Source: Octopus sinensis
Lineage: Eukaryota
Direction of reading: 5' to 3'
Length of the DNA stretch: 33,243 nt
NCBI RefSeq assembly: GCF_006345805.1
Contig: NW_021832904.1
Location: 1-33,243, forward strand
Shown here: positions 33,115 through 33,243 of the stretch, one piece after another
Position numbering within the stretch: the stretch's first letter is position 1
How the letters are laid out: every line of letters starts with the position of its first letter
Program-made: the position numbers and the translations under genes
The notes under the pieces: generated by a model
The model's database searches: none
Seen by the model: the letters and a program-made list of their open reading frames with translations, nothing else
Told to the model about the DNA's origin: nothing

Positions 33115-33243
33115 ATCCAGTAAAGTGTATGTAGAATTTTTCTTGAGGAATGTTCTGGCAGTCCGTTCTCGCCAAGACTTGGCCGCAGCCACTTGTGATT
33201 CAACCTGAGGTAGCTGGTCAAGCCGTACTGGAATTGGACGTCC
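33115..33243 (-). CDS. KDM5: KDM5 coding exon (5' side cut by window edge), end of PLU-1 region
   Basis: Reverse strand reads [43 protein letters not shown], matching the KDM5A motif [34 protein letters not shown] as recalled; ends at donor GAT|GTAAGG (phase 0). Confidence 0.93.

Overview
Eukaryotic, repeat-rich genomic window; the repeat families and microsatellite density look like an octopus/coleoid cephalopod (inference from recall, not a search). The only supportable host gene is the 3' part of a KDM5 (KDM5A/lid-type) H3K4 histone demethylase on the minus strand. Eight coding exons between 33243 and 11175 have phase-consistent GT-AG junctions and encode the end of PLU-1, PHD2, PHD3 and a long acidic low-complexity tail; the true last exon is uncertain. 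The rest is TE-derived: CR1-like, RTE and Penelope-like fragments, several tRNA-derived SINE families, a mariner relic, MITEs, a non-autonomous Helitron, 24-bp and 45-bp minisatellites, and a 4.7-kb 32-bp satellite that grew out of an RTE 3' UTR inside the intron that splits PHD3. The most notable unexplained signal is a set of four type-I hammerhead-ribozyme-like folds (557-619, 1513-1551, 6563-6598, 14371-14417). Each has a palindromic stem III and sits in a unit bordered by (TA)n-type microsatellite. Two lie in long inverted-repeat elements, and one of those is intronic and sense to the KDM5 pre-mRNA. Long ORFs over the satellites are artefacts, and there is no CRISPR array.
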